Source of the DNA: Octopus vulgaris
Lineage: Eukaryota
DNA length: 64,000 nt
NCBI GenBank assembly: GCA_951406725.2
Contig: OX597826.1
Span: 80,786,001-80,850,000, forward strand
Reading direction: 5' to 3'
Under the pieces are notes generated by a model. It was not told the DNA's origin. It did not search any database and saw only the letters and a list, made by a program, of their open reading frames with translations. The translations under genes and the position numbers were made by a program. Shown here piece after piece: positions 27,633 to 40,650 of this stretch. Position 1 is the first letter of the stretch. Every line of letters begins with the position of its first letter.

Positions 27633-27914
27633 CAATTAAGGACTGCACACGAAAAGTGGACAGTCAACATGCTAGATATAGACGTCAAATCGCCATTCTC
27701 CACAAAGAAAAGTTTATGTTCTCAGATCAAACTCAACAAAACCAAAGCAATAAACAAGTGAAAAATATACGAATTCGTATATTTTTCACTTGTTTATTGC
27801 TTTGGTTTTGTTGAGTTTGATCTGAGAACATAAACTTTTCTTTGTGGAGAATGGCGATTTGACGTCTATATCTAGCATGTTGACTGTCCACTTTTCGTGT
27901 GCAGTCCTTAATTG
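27633..27914. repeat. Perfect spacer-less 282-bp palindrome adjacent to (TA)n
   Basis: 141-bp arms centred on GAA|TTC (27771-27776). No mismatch seen by eye. Confidence 0.92.
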
Positions 27915-28002
27915 GTATATATAAATATTTTAATCTTCGGATTCTTTCTTTAATATGCTAGACCACTGGTTCTAATTGATAAATATCAATTTTTCCCTAA
28001 AT

Positions 28003-28054
<52 letters not shown>

Positions 28055-28092
28055 ATATAAAATCAAAATAAGCAACAGAATATCCAGAGGTG

Positions 28093-28180
28093 ATGTAGTA
28101 CGACTGTTTCAAGCGGCTCCATTTAATTGAGCAATGCAATCATTACATCAATTTAAATGCAGGGCTGCCCTCAGCTGCAT
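28093..28180 (-). ncRNA. Degenerate hammerhead with long stem II
   Basis: Minus strand reads atgcag-CTGAGGG-cagc..catttaaattga...tcaattaaatg..gctt-GAAA-cagtcg-TA-ctacat, with an A9G change. Confidence 0.55.
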
Positions 28181-28620
28181 AAATAGAATTTTTTGTCAGT
28201 TGGACACATTGATATAATTTTACTCAAATTCTCTAATAGAGCAAGAAGAGGGAAAAGGTCTACTAATGTAGCTCGAAAAATACTTCACTTCTAAGAATTG
28301 TATGAAGTTTGTTAGGGTCATAGCTTGTAAAGGAGTGTGGTTCTTTCTTAATTTATTAATCTTTTTATCAACTACCAAATCTAAGGCTAGAGGACAGGGT
28401 GGCATCATTCGAAAGCTAGAAACGATGCGAAGTGCATTGTGGCCAGCGAGTTATAACAAAATCTGATAGTCTGGTAGATCACGATCGCGTGAAGTATGTA
28501 TGTATGTATGTATGTATGTATGTATGTATTTATGTACGTACGTACGTACGTATGTATGTATGTATGTATGTATGTATGTATGTATGTATGTATGTATGTA
28601 TACATGCGCGCACGCATGTA

Positions 28621-28657
<37 letters not shown>

Positions 28658-28743
28658 AAAACAGAAAATGGAGAAAAATTGATGAACAACAATTGACTTA
28701 TATCAATTATTATTTATTAATTCAATACAAATAGACTGCATCC

Positions 28744-28853
28744 CACCTAACAGCTGTTTCTGCTTCCAGGGTTGTATGGTATAACCATTGATATGCTAAA
28801 CATATCATATTTTGCAATAAAACCGGCCTGAAACATGCAGCTTCATCAGAGTG
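28744..28853 (-). ncRNA. Hammerhead with stem II region of about 80 nt
   Basis: Minus strand reads cact-CTGATGA-agctgc...gaagca-GAAA-cagctg-TT-aggtg. A partial inverted copy lies at 28872-28914. Confidence 0.55.
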
Positions 28854-28970
28854 AAGAAGAAATAAAAAAGAATATCAATAGCAATACAACATTGGAAGCA
28901 GAAACAGCTGTTAGCTGTTTTATTATTACTAGTATTGTTGTTATACATATATACATACATACAAGCATAC

Positions 28971-29091
<121 letters not shown>

Positions 29092-29324
29092 GAGGGTGTA
29101 AATACATGAACAAAATAAGAATAAACAAAAACAAATTACACGAACTTATATAAACAGAAGATACAAATATTACAGGCACCCCCCCCACACACACACACAC
29201 TTTAACTAAACATAGACGCACATAGAGATGTACGCATGCGCAAATGAAGACACATACAATAGAAATACAAAATGGCTGACGGTTAGTAAGGAGAGACACA
29301 CAAATAAGAAAGAAGAAAGCAAAG

Positions 29325-29369
29325 GACCACTGATGAGGTCACAGGAGTTGTGACGAAAGAACTCTGGTC
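29325..29369 (+). ncRNA. Minimal type I hammerhead ribozyme
   Basis: gacca-CTGATGA-g-gtcac aggagtt gtgac-GAAA-gaac-TC-tggtc. It lies in an element (about 29250-29490) that recurs at 32345-32586. Confidence 0.8.
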
Positions 29370-29652
29370 GAAATAAGATTAAGATTAATGTAAAAAATAA
29401 ATAACGCTGAAGCAAAGTAACACCAAATATATAGTGCGTGTGTTTTTATTGGCTAAACTGGCAAAATGACCATTCCCAAATACAATATTTCTCCACTTTC
29501 TGTTTTCTTTAAATTTTGTTTCTTGATAAACTTATGAGCATAATATGCTTGCATATGTATACCAATGGTTAAACATGGGTAATATACCAGTTAATATAAT
29601 GGATACTTCTATCCCTTAGACGTATATTTTAACATCTAACTCAGTTAACCTT

Positions 29653-29761
<109 letters not shown>

Positions 29762-29795
29762 CAAATCAGCATAATCTTGAGATTAAGACAACCAA

Positions 29796-29839
<44 letters not shown>

Positions 29840-30008
29840 GGGTGTGTGTGATTGTGTATAGAAGAATATATTAATAAAAGGAATTCCAGCCTTGTCTGAT
29901 TTTCACGTTTTATTTACAATCTTATAATGATATAATATAATAGAATAAAATAAAATAGTAGTTAGTTAGTTAATTTGGCTCAAAAGCAAATAGCAAGGCC
30001 ATGCTGAT

Positions 30009-30053
30009 TGAACTAGTACTTTCATGCATTAAATTCTGCAATCTTCAGGTTCA
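30009..30053 (-). ncRNA. Minimal hammerhead ribozyme, left-arm copy
   Basis: Exact reverse complement of 30154-30198. Confidence 0.78.
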
Positions 30054-30153
30054 TGTAGTAGTGGTGATAGTCATGCTTCACAATTTTTGACTGTCATGCT
30101 TCACAATTTTTGACAGTCAAAAATTGTGAAGCATGACTGTCACCACTACTACA

Positions 30154-30198
30154 TGAACCTGAAGATTGCAGAATTTAATGCATGAAAGTACTAGTTCA
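30154..30198 (+). ncRNA. Minimal type I hammerhead ribozyme
   Basis: tgaac-CTGAAGA-t tgca gaatttaa tgca t-GAAA-gtac-TA-gttca. Stem III is the palindrome AGTACT. Confidence 0.8.
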
Positions 30199-30462
30199 AT
30201 CAGAATGAATATTTAACATTCTATTATTTTATTTTATTTTATTATATTATATTATATTATATCCTTATAAGATTGTAAATAAAACGTGAAAATCAGACAA
30301 GGTTGGAATTCCTTTTATTAATATATATATATAGTTAGAGGATATGTTTACCTCGTAAGGGTGTGGTTACATCCAAGGAAATGATGGTTCAATACCTAGT
30401 ATTGTTAGGGAATGAAATTCCTTTCAAACAATATGTATATATTAAGCATATAGTTTACATCC

Positions 30463-30917
30463 AGAAGAAAAGAAAATGGTGATAAGGAAATTAACAATTA
30501 TTTATTATATTATTAACAAATCGGTCATTTTCGCTTCTTACAGCCGTTTCAATTGATACTCAATAATTCAATTACGAACTTGTTCATTAAATTTGCATTT
30601 ATTTGATATGAGCTTAATTTCATGAGAGAAAAAGATGCACCGTGGGATGTTATGTGCGGACCTTTTAGTTCCTTTTAGAGTCTGCTGAAATGAACTGATA
30701 ATTCCACACATAATGGACTGATAGGCCCGCTTACAACATCGCAAGGTACATCTTTTTCTCTCTGATGAAATTATGCACAAGTCACATAAATGCAAATTTA
30801 ATGTACAAGTTTGTAATCAGATTATTGATTATTAATTAAAACGGCTGCAAAAAGTAAGGATTACCAATTTGTTAATAAATAATTGTTAACTTCCTACTTT
30901 CCATTCTCTTTTCTTCT
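30463..30917. mobile_element. Old, diverged fold-back element
   Basis: Arms at about 30463-30659 and 30727-30917 are imperfect reverse complements (for example cattaaatttgcatttat / ataaatgcaaatttaatg). Confidence 0.7.
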
Positions 30918-30946
30918 TTTAACAGTATATGTGTGTGTGTGCGTGC

Positions 30947-30989
<43 letters not shown>

Positions 30990-31213
30990 TGTGTGTGCGT
31001 GTGTGTGTGTGTGTATTTGGTTGGCTTAATCTCAAGATTAAGCTGACTTTTGAGACATGACAAGGCTCAATACGTGGTGAAAATTTTAAATGATTATTTT
31101 CTTATTTTATGAAATTTTACAGAAATACAAATGTTTCAAATTTCCTCCGAAGAACAAAGTTTAGTGCTTTCATAAAAGTAACCCCCCACACACAAACACA
31201 CACACACACACAC

Positions 31214-31244
<31 letters not shown>

Positions 31245-31610
31245 TTCATATATGCACATACAAATACACTCACACATAGAAGCATGCATATATATAAATA
31301 CATACACACATGTACATAAAACAAAACGGAAAAAACACTTATTTTAACTTCCTCCTGAAATGGTAAAATTTTATGCTCGTTTTGTTAAAGTCTACTGAAG
31401 CTTATCCCAGCCAAAATATTTGTATTTTGTAGTTTTTGTTGTTGAATTTACTTTTGTTGTTGTTGTTTTTAATTATATTGGTAAATTATTCGTTTCTAAC
31501 GTTGGTACGAAACTGCAAATTTTGAGTTTGAGCAGAAAACTAGATTAAACCGACAACAGCAGAACGTAAATGGATAAAAGCAGCTATGCATACAAATGTA
31601 TGCGCGTAGT

Positions 31611-31668
<58 letters not shown>

Positions 31669-31956
31669 TGTGTGTGGTTATCTGTGTGTGTATGTGAGTG
31701 TGAGGTTATGTGTGTGTTTGTCTTTGTGTATGTGTGTGAGAGAGAGAGTGTGTATGTATGGTTATCTCTGTGTGCATGTGTGTGCTTGTCTTTGTGTGTG
31801 TATTTGTCTTTGTAGGTGTGTATGTGAGTATGTGTGAGTGTGTGTGTGGTTATGTGTGTGTTTGCTTATGTGCGTGTGTATGTGTGTGCGTGGTTATGTG
31901 TGTGCATGGTTATGTGTGTGTGTGTGTGTATGTGAGAGAGAGAGAGAGTGTGTGTG

Positions 31957-31997
<41 letters not shown>

Positions 31998-32131
31998 TAG
32001 AGTGTGTGTGTACGAAAGGCTTCTTTCAGTTTCACTACCAGATAATCTCGCAAGGATTTTATCAGCTCATGCAGTGGGACTGAACCAAGAACAATGTGTT
32101 TGAGAAGCAAGCTTCGTATTATGCAACCTCA

Positions 32132-32200
<69 letters not shown>

Positions 32201-32261
32201 TGTTGTATTTAAGAATGGTCATGTTGCCAGTTTAGCCAATAAAAACACACGTATATGTTTA

Positions 32262-32292
<31 letters not shown>

Positions 32293-32586
32293 GTCTCTCC
32301 TTACTAACGGCCAGCCATTTTGTATTTTGTATTATTATTGTATGACATACAATAGGAATACAAAATACAAAATGGCTGGCCGTTAGTAAGGAGAGACACA
32401 CAAAGAAGACAGAAGAAAGCAAAGGACCACTGATGAGATCACAGGAGTGTGACGAAAGAACTCTGGCCGAAATAAGATTAAGATTAATGTAAAAAATAAA
32501 TAAAGCTGAAGCAAATTAACACCAAATATATAGTGCGTATGTTTTTATTGGCTAAACTGGCAACATGACCATTCCTAAATACAACA
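32201..32586. mobile_element. Fold-back HHR element whose left arm is internally deleted and replaced by (TA)n
   Basis: Outer inverted repeat tgttgtatttaagaatggtcatgttgccagtttagccaataaaaac and inner inverted repeat tgtctctccttactaacggccagccattttgtatttt. The centre is near 32345. Confidence 0.85.
32425..32468 (+). ncRNA. Minimal hammerhead ribozyme (same family as 29325)
   Basis: gacca-CTGATGA-gatcac aggagt gtgac-GAAA-gaac-TC-tggcc. Confidence 0.7.
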
Positions 32587-32639
32587 TCTGTTTCAACACA
32601 CGATTTCACATGAAGAATCTTGTGAAACAAATATATATA

Positions 32640-33053
32640 CTCTTTTACTCTTTTACTTGTTTCAGTCATTTGACTGCGGCCATGCTGGAGCACCACCTTT
32701 AGTCGAGCAAATCGACCCCGGGACTTATTCTTTGTCAGCCCAGTACTTATTCTATCGATCACTTTTTGCCGAACCGCTAAGTAACGGGGAGTAAATACAC
32801 CAGCATTGGTTGTCAAGCGATGGTGGGGGGACAAACACAGACACACAAACATATACACACACAAACATATATATATATACATATATATACGACAGGCTTC
32901 TTTCAGTTTCCCTCAACCAAATCCAATCACAAGGCATTGGTCGGCCCGAGGCTATAGCAGAAGACACTTGCCTAAGATGCCACGCAGTGGGACTGAACCT
33001 GGAACCATGTGGTTGGTAAGCAAGCTACTTACCACACTGCCACTCCTGCGCCT
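32640..33053 (-). mobile_element. Full-length SINE family B
   Basis: End-to-end reverse-complement match to 47053-47450. Confidence 0.85.
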
Positions 33054-33082
33054 ATGTATATATATATACATACATATATATA

Positions 33083-33489
33083 TTTGACTTGTTTACATAT
33101 TTCTCGATAAATTTTGGGCGCTAGACGATATACCAGAAATCCCTAGTTTTGTCGGGACGTTCGGAGACTGCGCAGTGATCTGATTAGTTAGAGAGAGTAA
33201 ATCATTAGAAGCACATGCTTCTAGTGAGTTAGGATCTCAGAACAACAGGGCTCTTACCGATGAATTCTCCCTGAGCAAATAAATTATCTTTATTGCTGAA
33301 AAGAAAGAAACTGCAGTCTAAGAGTAACCGAGTTAGTAAATGTTTTTATCTTCATTTCACTTAATTTATCTAGCTTCTGTGTTTCTGGCACATATTTCGC
33401 CTTAATGTACTGATATATGAAAAATATATGGCTTGTGCTAGAAATACCAGTGATAATTATTTTTATTTTATCGCAATTTGACTTGTTTA
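33083..33489 (+). mobile_element. HHR-bearing element in (TA)n with a short terminal direct repeat
   Basis: tttgacttgttta occurs at both ends, and TA-rich microsatellites flank the element. Confidence 0.65.
33251..33324 (+). ncRNA. Type I hammerhead ribozyme (U4C variant, GUC site)
   Basis: ctctta-CCGATGA-a ttct..agcaa...ttgct..agaa a-GAAA-ctgcag-TC-taagag. Stem I is 6 bp and stem III is the palindrome ACTGCAGT. Confidence 0.8.
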
Positions 33490-33612
33490 TATATATATAT
33501 ATATATGTATATATATGTGTGTGTGTGTGTGTGTGTATATATGTATGTATATATGTATCATACAACCACGCCTATATATATACATATATATTTATATATT
33601 GTACAACCATGC

Positions 33613-33679
<67 letters not shown>

Positions 33680-35899
33680 CATACATGTGGATGAGAGAGA
33701 AGGAGAAAGAGAGAGTGCAGGGCATTCCATCAAAGTAACACTAAGATAGAAACATACGAAGCTCGATATACCTTTCATGACTGCCTGTTTGATAAGGGTA
33801 GACCGGACACGTGCATTGCAACCATATGCGTGCAACATGGTGACTTTACTTCAAGATAAACAGTGCATGATCTTGCAGGTGAGGCTCGTTTCGAATTTTC
33901 TGCAGACCATGTAGCCCATTCCGCTCAGAAGGTCCCTGAATAAGGGTTGTTTAAAGATGATGAACGAAACACCCCTGGTTTCCTGAGGTGAACTATCCGA
34001 ACCCCAAAGAAACCCTTTCAACACATGGTTATGATGCTCCTCCACTACCCCTGCTCATTATCAGAGATGCACATATTGTTAGCTTCTAAGGGACATGCTC
34101 AGCTGGTTAAGGTCAAGCAACGGACAAGCTAATCTTTGGTAGTGAGCAGAATATTTACTGTAGCCCATCTTTTACGTACGCACGTACGTATGTCAGTACG
34201 TAAAAGATGTACATACATACATACATGTATGTATGTATGTATGTATGTATGTATGTACGCATATTAAGGAATGAAAACATTGAGAAAGGTGTGATACTTA
34301 GTGAAATAGACAAACTATAAATTCAGATTTGTATTCAAGAAAATTTATTGAGAGAAGCAGAAATAATATGGAAGAGGTTGTCGTGTGTCAAGGAAACAGA
34401 GAAAACGTGGACGTGTAAAAGGTGAGTATATGATTGCATATTATAATCTTATATCAGCGCTGAGCATACCAATGTTTAAGGACATTCTAACCGTGACCGT
34501 CTCAATTTTTTAGGCATAATGTACGTAGAATTGTATTATATTGTTGTCTGATGTATTCGTTAGTGTGATTTTAGAGAGATATAGCTGCTATTTCTAGCTG
34601 GTCATGCGACCACATAAAGGTTCTCTCGTTGGCTTGAGAGAATCAAAGAGAAAGATAAGGGGAGGAGGTATAGAAAGTGCTTGAGGAGCGGAGGCGGGAG
34701 GGAGGGGGTTGTTAAAACGCGAAGAAAGCAAAACATGGCGAGAAAGAGAAGGAAGTTAGACGCTGGGAGAGTTTGGTTACTATGGCAACGCGGATAAACA
34801 GTAGAATAAGTTGCGAGATGCGTTGAAATAATGAGACTGACAGACAGACTAATAAAGAGAGAGGGGGGAGAGTGAGAGGCAAAGGTAGAAAGAACAAGGA
34901 TGAAGGGAGGGGTAAGAGTTAAGAATAGAGTGCAAAAGAATCGAACGCAGAGAAACAGCGGTAGTCAGAGGAGAATGAGAGACAGAGAAAAGAGAGAGGG
35001 GAAGGAGAAGAGCGTGAGTGAGAGGCAGAGAAGACGAGAGAGGGATAGAGAAAGTAGAGGGAGGAGAGGGATAGGAAAAGGCAGAGAGAGACAGAAAGAG
35101 AAACGAAGAGTTGAAAAGAGAGAGAGTGATAAACAATGATGAGAAGAAAAGGAGTGGGGAGAGGGGGAACAGTGAAAAAGTATATGAATTTTATACACAC
35201 ACGCATACACATAGTCATACACTCACACATACATATACAAAGAGAGAGGAGTAGGAGTGAGAGAGAGGGGTAGGGGTGAGAGAGAGGAAGAGTGATAGAC
35301 AGAGAAACACTGGAAAAAAGTGGCACAACAGAGATGGAAGAAAGTTTAATTGGAAAGACGGAGAGAGAGGAACAATGGTTAAGGGGAGAAGGAAGAGCAA
35401 AGCTCGAAACACGTGCTTCTGTCTATCAGAACATCGTATCTACATTGACTGGAAAAAATAAAGTAAAATGAATTAAAAAAACCAACTAATCTGGTGTGTA
35501 TTGCATAAACAAAACTCTTGTATATTCTTGGCAACGATAAAATATTGGCGAATGGAAATTACGAGATATGTGAAGAATTAAGAGAGAGAAAATGGCGTTG
35601 TAGAAATAGATCTGGATTGTAAATTGGTGAGTTGGAATAATCTGGGAAGTGAATTAGCGAAACCTTTTGAGTTATATGGACGTGTGTGTGGGGGTGTGTG
35701 TGTATGTGTGTGTATGTGTGTTATACTTTAGCCAGTTTCAGTCACAGGACTGCGGTCATGCTGGAGTACTTCTTTGAAAACTGTTAACTGATCAAAGTAT
35801 TAATTGAACAAATCGCCCCCCGTACTTATAACAGTTCAGTTACTTGGTTTATAGATCGCTATTTGTCGAGCAAAAAGGTGACAGTGCATGCATTTTACA

Positions 35900-36029
<130 letters not shown>

Positions 36030-36132
36030 CGTGTCTGTGTGTGTGTATAAATGAAATCAGTGACCTTTCGTCACTGGAAAAAGTATATATATTTGCATTG
36101 AGAATCACTTCCCACCGCCAACCGGTGATTGT

Positions 36133-36177
36133 CACACGCTGATGACGGATCAATACCCAGAAACTCGGGTCCATGTG
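36133..36177 (+). ncRNA. Minimal hammerhead ribozyme (GUC site)
   Basis: cacacg-CTGATGA-c ggat caat accc a-GAAA-ctcggg-TC-catgtg. It lies in an island of about 340 bp between (TG)n and (TA)n. Confidence 0.65.
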
Positions 36178-36382
36178 TATCACGTCAGGCTTGAGACGGG
36201 AATGATGACTTCTTTTTGCAAGTACTGACAGGGCACAGATATTGTGTCAATAGCCAGCTGGAATGTTTTCCTGGGGCTACAAGCAACAGTAGCATCAACC
36301 CTTAAGGGTTAACCACATTTAGGTGGCAAATATACTTCACGATGTCGTACGGCTACTGTTTATACCTCGCTCAGAGATTTAT

Positions 36383-36432
<50 letters not shown>

Positions 36433-36578
36433 TTCGCTAAGAAAATAAATCTGAATTGAACTCAAAACAGAGAACAGAAAACGAAACAAGCGAACATGAA
36501 ACACTCGAAACGGCCGCTGGACCAATTAAAAGTAGCAGAGTAGCTGTTCCAGTGCATCTCTCTCTCTCTCCATCTCTA

Positions 36579-36623
<45 letters not shown>

Positions 36624-37564
36624 CATTCTCTATCTCTCTAACTCACTCTCTCTCTCTCTATTTATCTCTCTGTCTCTCTCTCTATCTCTCTATCTCATTC
36701 TCTCTCTCTCTCTCTACCTCTCTCTTTCTCTCACACACTCTCTCTCACTCATTCTCTCTCTATCTATCTCTATCTCTCCCTCTCTCTCCCTCTCTCTCCC
36801 TCTCTCTAATATATAATCACCAATGTTTATCTCTTCCTTTCCTTCTCTCTCTATCAGGATTACAAAAACAGATCCATTTTTGCCCCCCCCCCCCATCCGT
36901 TACAATTTGACGCTATATACGTTACATATATTTACATACATACATAACATATACATTCGCCAGCTAGTCTAAGGAAAACTCAGTACAGTATTCTGTTGAT
37001 TTTAATTTGAGATTTATTGAAGTCAAAATGGCAGAATCAGTAGAGCGTCGGACAGAATACCTTGCGGTATTTGTTCCAAGTCTCTGCGCTCTGAGTTCAA
37101 ATCTCGTCGAAGTCTAATTTGCATTTTATCCCTTCAGGGTCGATAAAATGTGCCGATCAAAGACAATGAAATCGCAGAAATGTGAGAAGATGGAGCGGAT
37201 GCCAAGCAGTATTTCTTCCGGTTCTTTGCGTTTTGGGTTCGAATTCCTTCACAGCCTACATGGGTGTTAGACTTTACCAGTCGGCTGGTTTAACACCACC
37301 GCCTGGTACTTTAGATACCTTTAGCGGAGTCGACTTTGTTGTAAGCATCTGGACCAGATTTCTGATTTGAGGGTACCGTCCTGTCTTTCCCATCCATTTG
37401 TCACAGAATCTTCGTAACGGATTATGGGCCCTGCCACCCCCCCCCACCCGTCTGACTAAAAGAGTTTTTGAAACTTGGCAGACCATTCGACTTCAAGAGA
37501 ATTCTGGAAATGAAACAAGTGGCATGATTGTGTTGGTGGGCATGCCAATAATCTATGATAATAT

Positions 37565-38219
37565 CATCATCATTCATCATTGTTCGACTCTGGTCGAGAC
37601 AATGGAATTTACTAAGTTACGCCAGACTTCACGGTCCATCATAGCATTACGGAGGTCCTGTTGCTGGATGCCTGTATCCCTGGAGATTACATCAGGGTAG
37701 GAGAGTGTGAGCCCTCTGGTATCGCGAGCAGGTGGCTTCCAGAGGAGAAGAGTAGAAATTACCTCGTTTTCAGCTCTACAATAATGTCCAGCAAACTGGA
37801 CTCTTCTACCTTTCACAAGAGGTGATACAGGTGGTAATTTCCCATGTATTTGTACTTTGGTTGGATGACGCTTCCACGAGAGATTTTGAGCTCTCATAAG
37901 GAGGCGTGTGTGATTTCCATCCAACCGCCACTCAAGCTTCTTTGATAACGTCCAGGTTTATGAGTCATATAGTAGAATTGGTTCGACTGTGGTTTTGAAG
38001 ATTTTAAACAAGTGCCTGTCCAACAGTGATTTCATCATCCATACTCTCAACAATACGCTCTTAAATATGATTTCTGATTACAAATATCTTGGGTCATACA
38101 TATCATCATCTGAAAAAGATTTTTCTAACTAGAAAGGGTATGGCCTGGTCAGCCTGTAATGATATGCATAGGATCTGGTCATCAAACCTAAGTAGAGATT
38201 TCAAACTTAAAATCTTCAA
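37565..38219 (-). mobile_element. 5'-truncated, 5'-inverted RTE-like LINE with 10-bp TSD
   Basis: Minus 38007-37577 reads KIFKTTVEPILLYDS*TWTLSKKLEWRLDGNHTRLLMRAQNLSW. Plus 38008-38220 reads YKYLGSYISSSEKDFLTRKGMAWSACNDMHRIW..LKIFK. The tail is (GAT)n-like and the TSD atgataatat lies at 37555-37564 and 38220-38229. Confidence 0.88.
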
Positions 38220-38524
38220 ATGATAATATGGGTACCTAGCGAAGATTAACGGAGATTTTACGACCATTCTTTTTCTTTCCTGCTTCCATTTTGTAATCAT
38301 AAACAAATAGAATGCTACACATACGCATGCGTTAGAGAGTAGAGTAGTATGATTAAATGCTATTTTGGCTGCTGTTTCTAGAACTTCAAAGGATCGAAAT
38401 CCAATGAATGTTTTAAAAGGCTGCCATAGGAGATAGCGATAAGAATGTAAACAAACCCACGCCATTACCCTCCTTCCATCTCTTCATAATTTGTCTCCCT
38501 TTTGAAGCCTGTCTTTCAATTTCT

Positions 38525-38638
<114 letters not shown>

Positions 38639-39221
38639 CAACTAGCCTGGAAGGAGGCAACGATGAAGCGAAGGAACCACAAAAGGGGGACTGAGGTGGA
38701 GAGAAGACCAGTTTGACGTCATAGAAACGTATTTCGGAATCTTACAGTTACGACCTCTCCTTTCCAATTTGATGGATGTCTGCTTTTGATATCTGCTGCT
38801 CCGATTCAATCTTCTCTTTCTTCTTGACAGATACGATGGTGTGGTGGCAGGGAGAGCTGACTCTCATTTCTCAAAATAACTGTTATACAGCTCTTTCCAG
38901 AGAGACGAGGAGTAACGTGTATGTGTGTGTTTACGGGTGCGCCTTGGGTAAAGTCTGAATACAAGGCGGACACACAGACAATTTACACACATGCACACAC
39001 ACACACGCACACACACACACACATACATGCACGCGAGCACAGACATTTCGGCCTGCCAAGCCGTCATCGGACTGTCCGATGGAAGGTATGCAGGCCGTAA
39101 CTTCGAAGTCATTGCCAACATTCTTCTTAAAGAATGACAAATATGCACTCAACAAAAAAGTATTGACCAACCCTTCTATTCTATGTAAAACTAATATGTG
39201 TGTGCCTCTGTGTGTGTGTAC

Positions 39222-39293
<72 letters not shown>

Positions 39294-39302
39294 GGATAGA
39301 TG

Positions 39303-39370
<68 letters not shown>

Positions 39371-39682
39371 TGCAATCCAGGATCTCTTTACATCCTTTCC
39401 AGGCCAGCGCATTGGAGCGGCCGCTTCGGTTCTTAAGTGACAAGTGACACTAACAACAGAGAAGGGAGTCCTCCGCCATGCTTGGCTGCGACTCAAATCC
39501 TGACAGACTTCTCGTACAAATTCCATCATCTTTTGAGACAGACATGTATTAATGAAAGAAGAAATGAAAAAAATATGTGTGTGTGTTTGTGTGTCGCAAA
39601 TCCACCATAACATTAATACTTAATCCAATAATTCCATTAAACCATAAAATTTCTGATGAACCGGCGCTAATACACACGCACA

Positions 39683-39851
39683 CACTATCGTAGCTAGAGC
39701 GGGGCGGTAGGGGCGGTCCGCCACGGGCGGCACTTTTAAAGGGGCACCAGTTTGGGGTCTGCTGTAGGCAATATGTGTTTTTTGCGGAGTTTCTTGGGTA
39801 ACAAACGGAAGGAGACACACTCGGGCAGCATACACTCTAGCTACGCTAGTG
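39683..39851. mobile_element. hAT MITE
   Basis: TIRs cactatcgtagctagag / ctctagctacgctagtg and 8-bp TSD cacgcaca/aacgcaca. A related end lies at 41922. Confidence 0.7.
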
Positions 39852-39928
39852 AACGCACACATATATTTATATACACACATGCATAGATGTATACATGTGT
39901 GTATGTGTGTACATAGAAATATAATTCA

Positions 39929-40164
39929 AAGGCGGCGAGGAGCTGGCAGAAACGTTAGCACGCCGGGCGAAGTGCTCAGCGGTATTTCCTCTGCCGTTAC
40001 GTTCTGAGTTCAAATTCCGCCGAGATCGACTTTGCCTTTCATCCTTTCGGGGTCGATAAATTAAGTACCAGTTACGCACTGGGGTCGATGTAATCGACTT
40101 AATCCCTTTGTCTGTCCTTGTTTGCCCCCTCTATGTTTAGTCCCTTGTGGGCAGTAAAGAAATA
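39929..40164 (+). mobile_element. Young SINE family A with 14-bp TSD
   Basis: TSD agaaatataattca at 39915-39928 and 40165-40178. Confidence 0.9.
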
Positions 40165-40269
40165 AGAAATATAATTCACAAATAAGCTTGAAATGTTCTC
40201 AGTATAGAATACACTTATTAGTGCTCAAGAGATTTAGATTTGAGCGGGTAGAGGAGTAAACTAGACAGG

Positions 40270-40650
40270 TCAATGTATAAAGTATCGTGGCACTCCGTCG
40301 GTTACGACGAGGAGGGTTCTAGTTGATGCGATCAACGGAGAAGCCAGCTCGTGAAATTAACGTGCAAGTGGCTGAGCACTCCACAGACACGTAGTTCTCG
40401 GGGGAGATTCAGTGTGACACAGAGTGTGACAAGGCTGGCCCTTTGAAAACAGAAACACGAAGAAAGATTGAGAGAAAGTTGTGGTGAAAGAATGCAGCAG
40501 GAGTTCGCCACCAGCCCCTGCCCGAACCTCGTGGAGCTTTTAGGTATTTTCGCTCAATAAACACATACAGCGCCCGGTCTGGGAATCGAAACTGCGATCC
40601 CACAGCCGCGAGTCCGTTGCCCTAACCATTGGGTCATTGTGCCTCCACTT
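40270..40650 (-). mobile_element. SINE family C variant
   Basis: tRNA-like head on the minus strand near 40580-40650. The 3' body is shared with 3100-3266. Confidence 0.65.

Larger units (their letters stand above)
29866..30325. mobile_element. Fold-back palindrome of about 460 bp with a hammerhead in each arm
   Basis: Outer arms are atattaataaaaggaattcc / ggaattccttttattaatat. The centre at 30115 has a tandem duplication of gtcatgcttcacaatttttgac. Confidence 0.9.

Noticed and set aside
30530-30580. HHR trace in the old fold-back (GAAA-cggctg-TA on the minus strand)
   Set aside because: The CUGAnGA core cannot be recovered in either arm.
35385-35420. gagc aaa gctc-GAAA-cacg HHR-like half
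   Set aside because: The 5' core is missing and the cleavage-site base is G.
39030-39545. GC-richer unique islands as possible exons
   Set aside because: No consistent frame, splice-site pair or recognisable protein motif.
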